DNA of 64,000 nucleotides from Trichodelitschia bisporula (taxonomy: Eukaryota): positions 868,001 through 932,000 of the forward strand of contig ML996688.1 of NCBI GenBank assembly GCA_010356995.1, given 5' to 3'. This document shows, piece by piece, positions 10,222 through 22,586 of this stretch (its first letter is position 1; the number at the start of each line of letters is the position of its first letter). A program made the translations under genes and the position numbers. The notes under the pieces are model-generated. The model ran no database searches, was not told the DNA's origin, and saw nothing but the letters and a program-made list of their open reading frames with translations.

Positions 10222-13200
10222 CTAATAGCCTTCATCCTCCAGCCACGTCCACTCGGCCGTTTTAGACGTTTTCTGCGACTCTGGCGCCTTGATAGGAATA
10301 TCGATTTCAGGTGATCCGCGGAGTGACATCGAAGGGGATCGAGAGCCGTCGGTAAACGACGGCGACTCCTGGGGAGTCAGTATGAAATTTTACGAGATTG
10401 AGCACGGGGCATTTACGCTCAAGTTATCGGCGCCACCCTTCACCTCTGTTTCCATGGCAGCTTTCTTCGCCTTCTTTTTTTCATACTTCTTTCTGTTCTT
10501 CTTAGCATTGGAGGTCGACTTGGCTGTTCCGCCACCACTATCCGCCGTCACCGAGCCTGGGAGACCGCCTACAGGTTGGCCCGGCTGCTTTGCAGCGTCG
10601 TCAGAAGCTGTGGTAGCATCCACCTGCTTCGCCGCTTCAGTGAAGGCGATCTTATTTCCACTAGTCCCGGGTACTGCGGCCTTTTCTTGCATGGAAGTCA
10701 GATCTGGAATCAAGTTGTTAGCTGTATTGAGAGCGTGATTGCGGGGCATATCGTGAGATGATGAAGGCTCCATGACCTTCGCTGCGCCCGTCGGCTGCTC
10801 CGCATTAGCTTTCGCAGTGGTAGCGGAGTCCATTCCAACGGGCTTGATAGGAGCTCCAGGCAGCTTTGACCGGACAGTTGAAGAATCCTGAGCAGGCGAA
10901 ATGTCATTGCCCCGAGGAACTACCGCAGGCAAAGACATCTCCGACTCGGAGCTGTTCTTTGATGACTTTTCAGCCTGAGACAACTTAGGGTTATGCTTCT
11001 TGTTACGCCGCTCCTTCTTCTTTTGCGCAGTCAAGGCCTTCTGAGCTGCCTTTTGAGCAGCTTTTTGATGAGCAAAAGGATTGAGCGACTCGGTCACGGC
11101 CGCGGGCTTCTTGGTTCCGGCTTCGGAAGCATCCTGCTTTTCCTGTGGAACGTCATTCGACTTGCTGCCAGTCATCTGGCCCTCCGCGGTCTCCGGCTCC
11201 GTGATCAGTGGATTCTGCGAAGCCACCGACGTCTCAAGCTTCGTAGTTTCAACACGTGCAATGGTAGCAAGAAGTTCCGAAATTGTAGGAGCCAAGGACG
11301 ATGGCTGGGCGACCGGAGATTTCTTCTCCGTGACTTCAGACTTCTGAGGTCCTTCCAGGCCTTCGAGCTTCGGAGTGACTACAGGCTCCTGAGGTCCTTG
11401 CTGGCCTTCGAGCTTCGGAGTGACTACAGGCTCCTGCACGTCGAGCTTCTTCGGCTCACCAGACTTTTGAGGGGCCGGCTTCTGGTCGACTGAGGTTGTA
11501 GGAGCAGGAACGATAACATTTCCGGAAGGCTCGTTCGGGACTTGAGTGTCCTTTTCATTCTCGGTGGTGGTCTTTAAAGTTTGGGTCGGGGACTTTTCAA
11601 AGCCAGCGGGCTTGACTTCAGCGTGAACCAGATCGTCAGGAAGAGACTCGTCCTGATTGATCGTTGTCTCCTTCGAATCATGCCCGCCTTTCGAATTCTC
11701 CTTCAGAATCTCGGGCTTCTTAGAAATTTGCGGCGCACGACCCTTGAACTCATCCCAAGGCTCCGAGCTTAAGTATGAAGATGCGCACACTGAGATTCCT
11801 GGGGCCATAGCGCCTCCGATTCCGCCTGTAAAGGAGGAAACTTTAGGCTTCAAGACCTCAGACCACTTCTGACCGCCTTGGTTCTGAGCGGGGGTCGGAA
11901 CATGGACCTTATTCCCAGAATCCTTCGAGCCGTTGGTCTTCTGCTTCGAAGTCGAAGTTTCACCCTCCTTCAGGGCTTCAGTCTTCTTGAAGTTCTGGTT
12001 CTTCTTTTGTGTTCCAGTCTTCTTTTGGGCATCCGCAGCTGATTCGGACTTCGAAGGACCGTGATCAACGGAAGTGCTCTGGCGATGAGGACCACCACGC
12101 TTTGAATCGCCTTCCTTTTTGGAGGCAGATGCCTTCTGGGCGCCATCAGGCGTGGATATCTCCCGGTTCGAAGATTTCTGACGCTTTGAGTTCTTCTTCT
12201 TCGACGCCTTCGGCGCTGGCTTCGAATCATTAGCTTCCACTTGCTTGACGTGCTGGATAGCCTCCGCTATCTTCTTCTCCCCTGTTGTGACGTTCGAAGC
12301 AGGAGGCTCCTTGTACGGGGTCGAGGTCTTCCCACCGGGAGGCTGACTGGTTGCGCTACCCGCGGCCTCACTCGGCTTCGGCCATGTTACAGGATCGGGA
12401 AGTTGAGAGCGAACATCTTGGGATGAGTACTTCTTGTTCAAGTACATGTTTTGCTCTTTGGAAGTGGACCCATGGTCGTGCGCTGTCCAGGTGCTCCCGC
12501 GCTGGCGCCGCCGCTCGAGGTCGTCTGGGAAAAACTTTCGACAAATCTCGACCTGGAGCCGCATGCCCTTGAAGGGATAGTTCCGAAGCTGCTCCAGCGC
12601 ATTGCGGGCGCTGACCATCTCTTTGAACCTGCAACCATAATTAGTTTCGGCATAGTTTCTCCATCAAGATCACTCACTGGATAAACGTGTACTGAAAATG
12701 GCCTGAGTCTTGAAGCGGAGTAGGAATGTGAACCAAAGGACCGTAAGTGCCGAAAAGGCGCTCCACATCAGCAATTGTCACGCCCTCCGCCAGACCACCG
12801 ACCCTAAGGGTGTCCACATGCTTCTTCACAAACTTTCCGACGTAGTGCCGATCATAAATGTACTCGTCCCTAACGGGGGTTGGAGCGCCATTGCCGACAC
12901 CCTCAGGAAGCATCAGCTTCTCTTCAGGGTTTATGGCAGAGAGCGGAGAGACGGCGTCAGAGAAGCTGCGACGGCCCGGCACCCTATAAGAACCGCGGAC
13001 CAACCCCTGCCGAGGAGGGTGAGGAGTGAAGAAGGTCGGCTGCTCAGGAGCAAACCCGCCGTTACCCCAAGGCCGCGCGCTCGCTTCAGGGCCTTGAAAC
13101 AGATCGCCGTACTTTTCGTAAGGAGCTGGACCCAGAGTGGTAATTTTACCGGGGTAGCGACACAGCGTGACATTGGGACCTGAAGGAAGCATGCGAGGGA

Positions 13201-13864
13201 CAGACGCCATTTTCTCGGCATTCGCGAGCTGAGTATTCCCTTCCGTCGGAGCAGCAGTCGGAGGACCAGAGGCGAAACAAGAGTCATCTTCGGTTTCAGG
13301 AGCTATCAGGAGAGTTAACATTTAAGCTCAATGTTATCAGCGGATTCATGAAAACTCACCTCCGCCATGAGGGAATTTTTCCGCCAGAACAGACGGCGAG
13401 TTTTGGAGCTCTGGGATTTCGCCAGCCGCGGTCAGACGGCAAGCCTTCAGAACCAGTGCGAGAAATTTTTTTCCCTTATCGGCAATCTCCTTAACAGAGA
13501 AGACTGCCTCTACAGGACGGCAAGCATCGTCGTAAAGTCTCTGCCAGTTTTCGTCATAGTGGCACGCCCAGTTTATGGCATATGGAATGACTTCATCATG
13601 GTTGCTGATAGCCAGGGCCATTACGAGCTCCTTGCCGAACTCAGGGCCGCGTGACCCGATGATCTCCGGGGGAAAGACATCTTCGGGTTTCGACCAGTAG
13701 GTCACATCGATGTACTTCTCGTGCTCGTGCTGCTTGAGATACATGGCCAAAGCGATGGCAGTGCGGCGCATGTCTTCAACGTTGCTGGAGACAACGATAG
13801 GAGGTCCATTGGTAGGCAGGGTGCTGCCAGTCGCAGGCAGAGCGTTCCTAACGTTGGTATCCAT
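10222..13864 (-). CDS. Large low-complexity protein with one RRM-like domain (hypothetical RNA-binding protein)
   Basis: ORF blocks 13346-13864, 12674-13321 and 10390-12618 plus a last exon ending at 10222, joined by GT-AG introns. RRM-like TLRVGGLAEGVTIADVERLFGTYG...YTFIQFKEMVSARNALEQLRNYPFKGMRLQVE spans an intron; long K/S/T/P-rich tail. Confidence 0.65.
11344..11436. repeat. 45-bp tandem duplication inside the CDS (QEPVVTPKLEGxxGP x2)
   Basis: ctgaggtccttccaggccttcgagcttcggagtgactacaggctc is followed by a near-identical copy. Confidence 0.9.
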
Positions 13865-14819
13865 GACGGGAAAAGATGGATAGTGGCAAAGATGCTGGGG
13901 GGCTGAAGGACGTTGGAGAATGAGAGAGACGTCGGGAATGGTAGAGGAACTGGAAATTGGTAGATGGAGAGGTGTAGAGAGTGAAAGGACGAGCACCAGT
14001 GGGCGAGGTCAACAGGGTCAACAGCAGCGTGGTCTGTGTGCTTGTACAGGTTTTCCGAGAAGCTGTCTGAGCAGTTGAGGAAGGAGCGGCAGTGGGGCGG
14101 TCGATGGTGTTTGCTAGGTGCGACTTCCCCATTTGGTGGAAAGAAACAGACCTCCACTGCGGCTGCTCTTTCCCTATGAAGCGGCGCAAACAGCAGAATA
14201 TAGTTGCCCAGCTTTCCACATTGTCCAACAGGGTACTCAATTGAACACACACTCATAGCTCAAAGCTGTCAAGTTCTGATATCTTTTTCCGTCTTAAAGG
14301 CTAATACCAAGTGGTGATGAGAAGGGAGGGACGAGACGAAAGCGGAATTACCGCTAAAGCTTATGGATGGCCAGGTCAAGCCCGCTTTCCTATTCTATTT
14401 TCTAGTAAGACCATTAGTGTCGGTCTTTGATGAGCTAGGAATCCTTACTTCAGCTTTCGGAAAGGGAGATATCACTTCGACAAAGGACGCGGCAAACTGA
14501 CAAGCCAACTTCCGCCACTCTAAACATTTCACATAATGTATATGAGCCGCAAAGATGCACACACAAGTCTTATTGATACAAGGCCTCTACTGGTCATGGA
14601 ATATGTTGGACAATCGTCTGCCTGACCTCGAGTACCGATTGGAGTGGAGGTGAACAATCCGTGGCCCCCACGCTCCGCGGCGAGCAAACGGCACAGCTTG
14701 CATTGCTATACTCAAACAGTTTGTGTATGTAGTAGCCGGTTCATAGACAGTTGAAGCTGAGATTTGAATTGTGACTTAGATGTGGTTTTCTCGGCCCCCG
14801 GTCATTCCAAAAAGAGAGA

Positions 14820-15409
14820 CTAAGCGTCCTTAGAAAGCGCTTTCACGAGGCTCAGAATCTGTGACTGATCATCGCCAACCACCACCTTCCCTTGATGCCA
14901 GTTCACAATCTGTGGGGCGGTTAGTAAAGCTTTCACTAAACTACGACGACAACAACATGGAAGACCACTGACTATCGGCCGCTGGAACCTCCCGCTGTCC
15001 TCCTTCAGAATTTGCAGAGCACTCGTGGTATCCCTCGCTCCGGAGATGATGCTCCCTGCATTTTGGCTTCCGACATACTCCAAGATGTTCTTCAACTGGT
15101 CAACTGTCGGCGGAGCTTCGGTTACATCGAGTTCGAACTGCGGGTCGGTCTTGCTCTGCGTCTCGTGCTGGCTAGCCTGATCTTCAGTCGCAGTAGACTC
15201 GGAATTTGCACTCCACTGTTTCAACAGCGTAAGTGTGCGCGTAGAGGCGGCATTGTTTGGCTTGTGGAAGAGCGTGATCACGTCCTTAGCACCGTGCTGT
15301 AACCTTTGTCAGCCGAGGGTTCTGGGAGCGATTCCTGGGCTATCCTGATCCGGGCTAAAGAGTAAAATGACCAAGGATCAAGTACCTCAGTGAAGAGTTT
15401 CCTGAACAT
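14820..15409 (-). CDS. FMP46: Mitochondrial thioredoxin-like protein Fmp46 (DUF1687)
   Basis: MFRKLFTE|..DVITLFHKP...STRTLTLLKQ...FELDVTEAPPTVDQLKNILEYVG...FQRPI|IVNW; two introns. Confidence 0.82.
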
Positions 15410-16192
15410 TGTGAAAGGCCTGTTGTTGGAGTTTACCGGTTGCTGAAGCTAATTCAATTACATTGATAGCAGACGATGGTCGTTCATTCACCTTGTCTTG
15501 GCAGGTGACGTTGAGGTCGCGACCCCTGCACATCAATTACTTACGCCACTCAGGCCAAGCGCCATGCACCACGCATAAGCCACCATCCTATCCGACAACT
15601 GAACCCCTTACAGAGTGCTTCACCTGAAGAAGGTCGTGAGGGTTGCTGATGTCTGAGCACAGCCGGCACAAGTCTGGTGAAGCTATGATATATGCCTTTG
15701 GCGGTGCCTATTCAGCATCTGTAAGTTACGGAAACAGTTTCACATTGTTACCTCTCAAAGGAGTGGGTTGGAAGTTTGCCAGCATGGGAATGCGTATGGG
15801 CTACTAGCAGGCAGAACATGTACAAATGAGACTAGAAATCAGGCGAATGCATATCCTAAGAATACCCAGGCCGTTCTAGAACACCAAGTGCGATCCCGCA
15901 TTCAAGCCACGCTCTCAAAGAAACTACGCATCTCCATTCACTTGCAAAATCCTCAGGCAGTTGAGACTGCCGAGAAAGTACCGGGCACGTTGAACGGAGG
16001 GTGCTTATTGGAGCCTGAAGAGTGTACAAAGCCGCATAGTAACGCCATTGCCATGTCCCACCGCACTACGGGTTTCCACCCAACTGAGCCACCAATCCAT
16101 CATACCTCATGCCACGCCATGCCTTCATGAGGTTGGCGCAAGATACCTCCACCTACAAGCTAACGCCATGACACCCGTCTGACGAAAGCTAT

Positions 16193-16518
<326 letters not shown>

Positions 16519-17348
16519 TTATGGGGTTGACGATTGTAGATCGAACGGTTCGAGAGACGCAGGGACTGTGGCAAAGCGAAAGTCAGCGCAAGTGATGAGA
16601 AAAGGTCGCAAAATGCAGAAAACACCAATTCATCAGGGCAGGCCGATAGAGATGTGTGGATTGCGATGGGTTTTTGATGGACGTACAGTTTGAGGGTGGC
16701 GAGTGTGTTGCGTAGCGCTTGGTGAGTTGTTGTGAAGGAGGAGAAATTGGGTTGTGGTCAGTGACTCGGCTAGTCTGTCTGGGATCACGTGATCGGACTT
16801 CATTCGGAATGTTTCACCAGAGCGATTGAGTGCGACTGTGCGTGGAACCGTCAGGGTCACCGCCAAATCGTTTAGGCTCAGGTTGTGCTTAAGTAGAAAT
16901 GGTGTCAAAAGCTTCACTAAAGAGGCTTTATCTCAGCTTCTCGCGGTGCATTTCACAAGTATGCACCATCTATCATGGGGAACGCATCGGAACTCTCGCA
17001 GCCAACCAAGACCCCCGCAACTTCCCCTCTTCTCGGCGGTGCGCTGCCCTGCCAACAAGGGAAACATTCGCCGGGCTCAAAGTCAATTGCGGCTCTGAAG
17101 CGCTGTGAACTTTGAAAGCACGTCCTATCATCTTAAGCTATCCATCTAAGACAACTCACTTCTTAGCTCCTTTGCTGTTTCCAGCCGTGCCATCCTCCAT
17201 CTTCCGCCACTCTCAACTCCCCCGCTTCCCCTCGCCCTCCCAACCTGCATCCGACATCTAGATAAGCTTAGAACTTCATTCAATACAGTGGGCATCACCA
17301 GCATCACCTCATAATCTGACTGACAAGCGCTCCAAGCAATATATCAAG

Positions 17349-18050
17349 ATGCATCTTTTCAGTTTCCTCCCCCTCCTCCTCGCCACCCCGGCCCTCACCA
17401 CCACCCTCCCCCACCGCATCCCCACTGTGCGTGAATCCGCCGCCATGGCGCGCCGCATGCTCCGCCTCGAGAAGCTGGGCACCCTCTCAACCGTCTTCCC
17501 CACGAACGACACGCCGCACAAAGAAGCATCGCGACCCGACAGCGTTGCAGGCACCCCGCTGGGTTTGATGGAGTACTTCGGGGACTGCGAGCCCTCGACG
17601 GGGAACCCAACACTGCTGGCCATCACCATCGCGTCGTCGTTCCGCAACGTCGAGGCAGGGAGCAATATCACGCTCAGCATGCGCTGGCACCCCCCGCACC
17701 CGGCTGATAAGCGATTGAGTCCTGCGTCGCTGCCGCGGTTTGCGCTGGTTGGCACGATTGAGGATATGGATGCGGCCGAGGTGCGCGCGCAGGGCATTAG
17801 GTCGTGCTTTGCCACATACCACCCAGACTCGGTGGTCTGGATGCCCGGAAACCACATCCATGAGAGCCGCTGGGTGCGGCTCGTTGTCAAGGAGGTGTAT
17901 TGGTTTGGCGGATTTGGAGATCGCGCTTATATCGGTTGGATTCCACTGGATGTGTGGCAAAACATCACGGAGAAGGAGATCAAGGAGACTAAGCTGCCCG
18001 GTGAGAAGACGGGAGGATTCTTCAGTTGGCTGCCATCAGTGGAGCTCTGA
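17349..18050 (+). CDS. CREG-like pyridoxamine 5'-phosphate oxidase-type split-barrel protein with signal peptide
   Basis: IPTVRESAAMARR...GTLSTVFP...GLMEYFGDCE...SLPRFALVG...HPDS..WMPGNHIH...YWFGGFGDRAYIGWIP. Confidence 0.85.
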   Translation: MHLFSFLPLLLATPALTTTLPHRIPTVRESAAMARRMLRLEKLGTLSTVFPTNDTPHKEASRPDSVAGTPLGLMEYFGDCEPSTGNPTLLAITIASSFRNVEAGSNITLSMRWHPPHPADKRLSPASLPRFALVGTIEDMDAAEVRAQGIRSCFATYHPDSVVWMPGNHIHESRWVRLVVKEVYWFGGFGDRAYIGWIPLDVWQNITEKEIKETKLPGEKTGGFFSWLPSVEL

Positions 18051-18392
18051 GACTTCGGCTATCGACCTATTGAATTAGCCTGTCAGCATATGCGGCGAAC
18101 TCCATGGCTTTGGCGCCTCACATTTTCGGATCTGTTCTCTGTCTGTAGATGAGTATTATATAGTAGGTAAACGACAGGATCAGGCAACGACAGGATCCTT
18201 TCGCAGTGCTTGAATGCGCAAAGCCTTAAAAACCGCATGAATTTTGTTCCTTCCCTGACGCTCCAACCCAAATTCCGCCACCAGTACACCTTCATAGATA
18301 ACCGCGGCCCAGCCGACAAACTAAGAGCGCCATACACCAGGGTCGCGGATATACAACTCGTAACGGACCAAAAGACAATTCCACCAACCACC

Positions 18393-20591
18393 CTACCGAT
18401 CCGAACTCCCAGAGCCATCTGTGCGCATAATGTCATCAATCATAGCCGACGCCCGAAGCAAAACTTCCCACTCCTTCTCGCCCGCCTCCTGCGATGTATC
18501 CTCGTCTGCCACAACCCTGAGGGTCGTCGAGTCCCACATGCCTAAGTGAAGCTTCTGAGATATATCCGTGACCAGCTCAAGGACGAACTGTCCACAGCGG
18601 AAGCGCGAGCGGAACAGCTTCAACACCGTAAACAGATGCCTCAGTCGCGTTTTTGTTATGTTTTGAGTAGCTGGTGGAGCTGGCGAACCAGAGGACTGGC
18701 TATCGGACGAGGCAGGAGAGGCGGCGGAATTAGGAGAGTCGGGGTTGGAGGTAGGTGTTGGGCCATGATGGAATTTAAGATCGATAAGGAGGGCTATTAT
18801 CGGAAGGGGAAGCCAAACGGACCTAAGATTGAACCGTTAGTGTACGGGAAGAGGAGCGAGTGTGCGATGGTACTCACATGAAAGGCGGCATCTCCTCTGC
18901 CCGAACTTCCTGGAGCATATCGCGTACCGTATCGGCGATCTTCCCTGCTGCCGCTTTGACTTTGGCCAAAGCCGTGATGGCGAACTTGTCCACGAGATCT
19001 CCGTTGCCGGAGGGCTTGATGTATGGCAGGTAAAGCGTGGCAGTGGAAGACCTAGACAGATCAGCCGCGGTCCAGGCGGTCAAAGACGCTGTACTCACTC
19101 CGAGACCACACATCTCAGGTAATAGCTTCCTCGGCTGTCCTGAATGGTCGAGTTCTTGGGGCCAGCTTTCCAGATTTGAAATCCTCGCTTCCACTCCCTC
19201 AACCGAATATCAAATTGCGATACTCGCAGAACCTCCTTCCGCCCCACTTTCCTCTCCCCATCTCGTTGCTTCTGTTCAAACTCGTTGATGTCCGCCAGTA
19301 TCTCGCTCAGTCGGCAGAGTAGCAAAAAGGCATCGACAAGGCCGTTTCGCGAATCCGGATCTGAGTACCTGGGCATGCATATCTCCAAGCCAAAATCTTC
19401 TCTACTAACACGGACGCCGTTCGTACACGACGACATCGGATTTAATGCTCGACGGGAACTGTAGCTGATGATGCGATCGCGTACCAAACAGCAACACCAG
19501 ATCAGCCGGCTGCGGTCCGTAAGCGTTTCGCTCGTCATTTCGCGCAGACCTGCGGCCTCGGCGTGAACAAAGGCACGGGCAAGCCAGGCGCTGTTGATAT
19601 GCGCTTGCTCCTGGTAGCAAGGACTCCAGTACGAGAGGAGCATGCACGCTTGGGTAAGGGCGGTTTGATTACCGGTTTCCGAGGCGGCGTTGTACAGGTC
19701 CTGAAGAAATCAGCTCGACTCTGCTATTCTTGAACGTGAAATATACCTTGGTAGCAGCAAAGACGGCAATTTGGAGTTTCTTTTGCGTCCATTGCCCATA
19801 CCCGTACGACTTGTTCGTGTTCAGATACTACCAGTGTCAGAACGTGGGTGTCCGATGGAGATATTGGCATACCATAGAGGCGCAGAGGAGCATGGAGGTG
19901 AGTACTAATGCCCGGCTTTGACGCAAGTTGCCATCGTCGCTAAATCCTGAGAAGCTCTGCTCAAAATCGAACTCGTCGATGACAGGATAGTAGGCATGGA
20001 TATTTTGGAAATATAGGCGCAAAAGATCATCAAGCAGTGGTCCAAGCATCAGCCCATAGCCCAGTTCGAGCAATCCGATGGGACTGTCGACATTGTAGTT
20101 GGAGAGTAGAGGAAATTGCGGGGTATTGAACCCCAGGCCTTTGCGACGTCAACATTCCGCTTCGTCATGACAAGGAACAGGTGAAAATGGCGGTGACGTA
20201 CCATCAACGACGGAGTCCACATTGCCAGAAGGCTGAAAGCTGGCGAACTGTTGAGGCGTAAACTGCCACTTCGGTGATGGTTTGTTGGGGCCCCCGGGGC
20301 TCCCGGCATTTTCGGCAATTCCACCAAAGCTCTCTGAACCTTCGGCGATACTCGGCAATTTCGTCTTGGGCGCTTCATTGAGGAAGTCAAGGCTGAGACC
20401 GAGCCAGCTGTGCACCTAGAATCAGCAGCCTCGTTAGCAGTGCTTCAGATCGAAGTGCTGTGAACTCGCTCCGGGAAGTATAGAAGTTGTTCTGGGACAC
20501 GAACCTCGTCAAGTACGGAGTTTTCAGCATTGCCCTGCGCGACCGAAGGGTGAGCAAGCTGCGGAAGAGGAAGATTGCGTGAAGCGATCAT
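18393..20591 (-). CDS. Fungal-specific transcription factor domain protein (Ctf1-like middle homology region); no zinc cluster seen
   Basis: LDDLLRLYFQNIHAYYPVIDEFDF, QACMLLSYW, RSRLIWCCCLVRDRIIS; about 6 GT-AG introns. Start codon uncertain. Confidence 0.75.
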
Positions 20592-22586
20592 GATGTTCAG
20601 TTCCTAGAAGATTCAAGGAATGGAGTCACGAAAGCTGGCGCAAAGGTAGTTGGGTGAAACCGTCAGATAAAAGAAGGGGACGGCCTGGTGATGCTCGGTA
20701 TTTGGCTTTTTGGAGATCCATCTGACCTCTCGTCAGCCATGGGGTGGAGGCGAAAAGGGAGCGGGTCAAGCTAGCGCTGACGACTTGTGGCGTCTAAAAG
20801 GCACGCCTGTTGGCTGTCGCAGCTGAGGCAGCGTTGAGCTGTCAGTGGCTTTTTGTGGGGAATCTGGGGAAGTGTCCTAAAATCCGGGGAAATGCTGTGA
20901 TGGCAATTGGCTCGCGGTTATGCGTCACAGGGGGGTCAAGCTAAGTCAGGAATGATGAAGGCGAAAGGCCCTACGGCTTGAACTACTGCACATCACCAGG
21001 GAATGCATAGTCGCGTAGGTGGCTTTGCCGAGTACTTGCGCTTTCCATTTGCCCGGGGACGGTTCTAGCAACGTATGCGCTGTGCTCAAGCGGCACCTTC
21101 GCTTGATATGTGGGGGTAAGCATTAACATTACTCTCTGGTCCTATCAACTTCGAATTACTGGAATTCAGGAAGTCTCTAGCGGGAAGTCCATCATCTGAA
21201 GTGTCGATTAGCATCGTTCGATCTTCTGCCGATCTTGGTGTGGATCTGTCACCCCAGTAAGGACGGAAACACGCCGCGCGGGCAACATCGTGATGAGACG
21301 GTGGTCTCCACACCATCCTGGAGGCCCCACGGTGATAAGTTGCGTATATGAAGAGCTACTCTAAGATGATTTGGTTAGCGGTGCCAACGAAATAAGTAAG
21401 GCGCATGGAAAGTGGAAGGTAACGAAGGACATGTTGTCATTTGCTATGTGGAGAACTTGGGATATGGTTCACGGGAGGGAGCGACGCGGTTCGCGATATC
21501 CGGGTTGCGATGCGGAGTTTACCCCGCAAATAATGCCCCAGGCAACTCGTCTGGCCTCAGGCGTGCAGTTTTGCGCCTTAGAATTTGGGCTTCATTCACA
21601 TGGGATCGAGAAATGCTCAGCCACACATGACGCCCAGCCGCCCCTCGAACATGGCATCAATCACGTCTACTTACCGTACGGATGTACAAATTATTGCAGG
21701 GAGGAGCTGGATTGCATGCCAGGCTGAAACCCTACAACCAAGCCATAGCCTCTACAACAAGCATTTTTGGGGGCTAAATGGCGTCGCTCAAATCGTTCAG
21801 ATCCCCGTTCTTGCTTCCGAGTGGTCGTCGATGTTGAAACCATGCATCCTCATCTGGCGCGGCCTCTGCTCCTCCTGCATCGCGGACGCTCACCCTTTGT
21901 GAGTAAAGAAAGACAGATAGTAAGTTTCTTTTATCTCTTTACGAGAAGTCTAGGACTCGTATCTCTTCGCCACCGCTCTCTCCGTCTCACTCTACCGTAT
22001 GTGGGAGGCGTCAATATATGTACTGTGCTAACGAGCCGACTCCTAGCGAATCGGAAAACTTTGGTTGTTCGGTGGAAGCTCCGGGTGAGAGCTGCAACTG
22101 CTGCGCCTCCTTTTCACTAGCACATGTTTGCGCCTAGCATGGATTAATGCTCCGCGGCGACGAATACGGAGGCGGGGCAAAAGAGAATATGGACACCGGA
22201 GACTGTGAAGGGTAGAGGTTTGGCGACACACACTAGAGCTACTGGACCATGGCCCACATGACGACTTGATGGTGGACTCAGCTGTTGAATTTCGGGAGTG
22301 TCAGGCACCCTTCAGCCTCGTTCGTGGCTTCGACCTCTTTGTTCATGCGGACCAGTCTTTGCACGTCATCGCCTTGTACCTGCGTACCTCGACGGGAAAC
22401 TCCGACTATCCTCAAGGATGCTATATTTGGCCCCTCACTTCCTTGCATCGAGGAGAGGTAAAGACGCTGGCCAGGTCTTTGCCTGTCGTCAATCCTTTCG
22501 CTCTGGATTCATCGTATTTTCTCAAACTGCGCATTTCCTTTCTGACTGTCGTTGCTCTGTTGTGATTCTTCTCCCCAGATGTTGAT

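Noticed and set aside
14310..14505. TGATGA...CTGA pairs suggesting a C/D snoRNA
   Set aside because: No terminal stem, no host intron and no rRNA-complementary guide that I could recognise.
20139..20200. In-frame TGA (20149-20151) in the transcription factor gene suggesting a pseudogene or readthrough
   Set aside because: It lies inside a plausible GTACGT...TTGAC...AAG intron whose removal keeps the frame (VVD-G-LGF).
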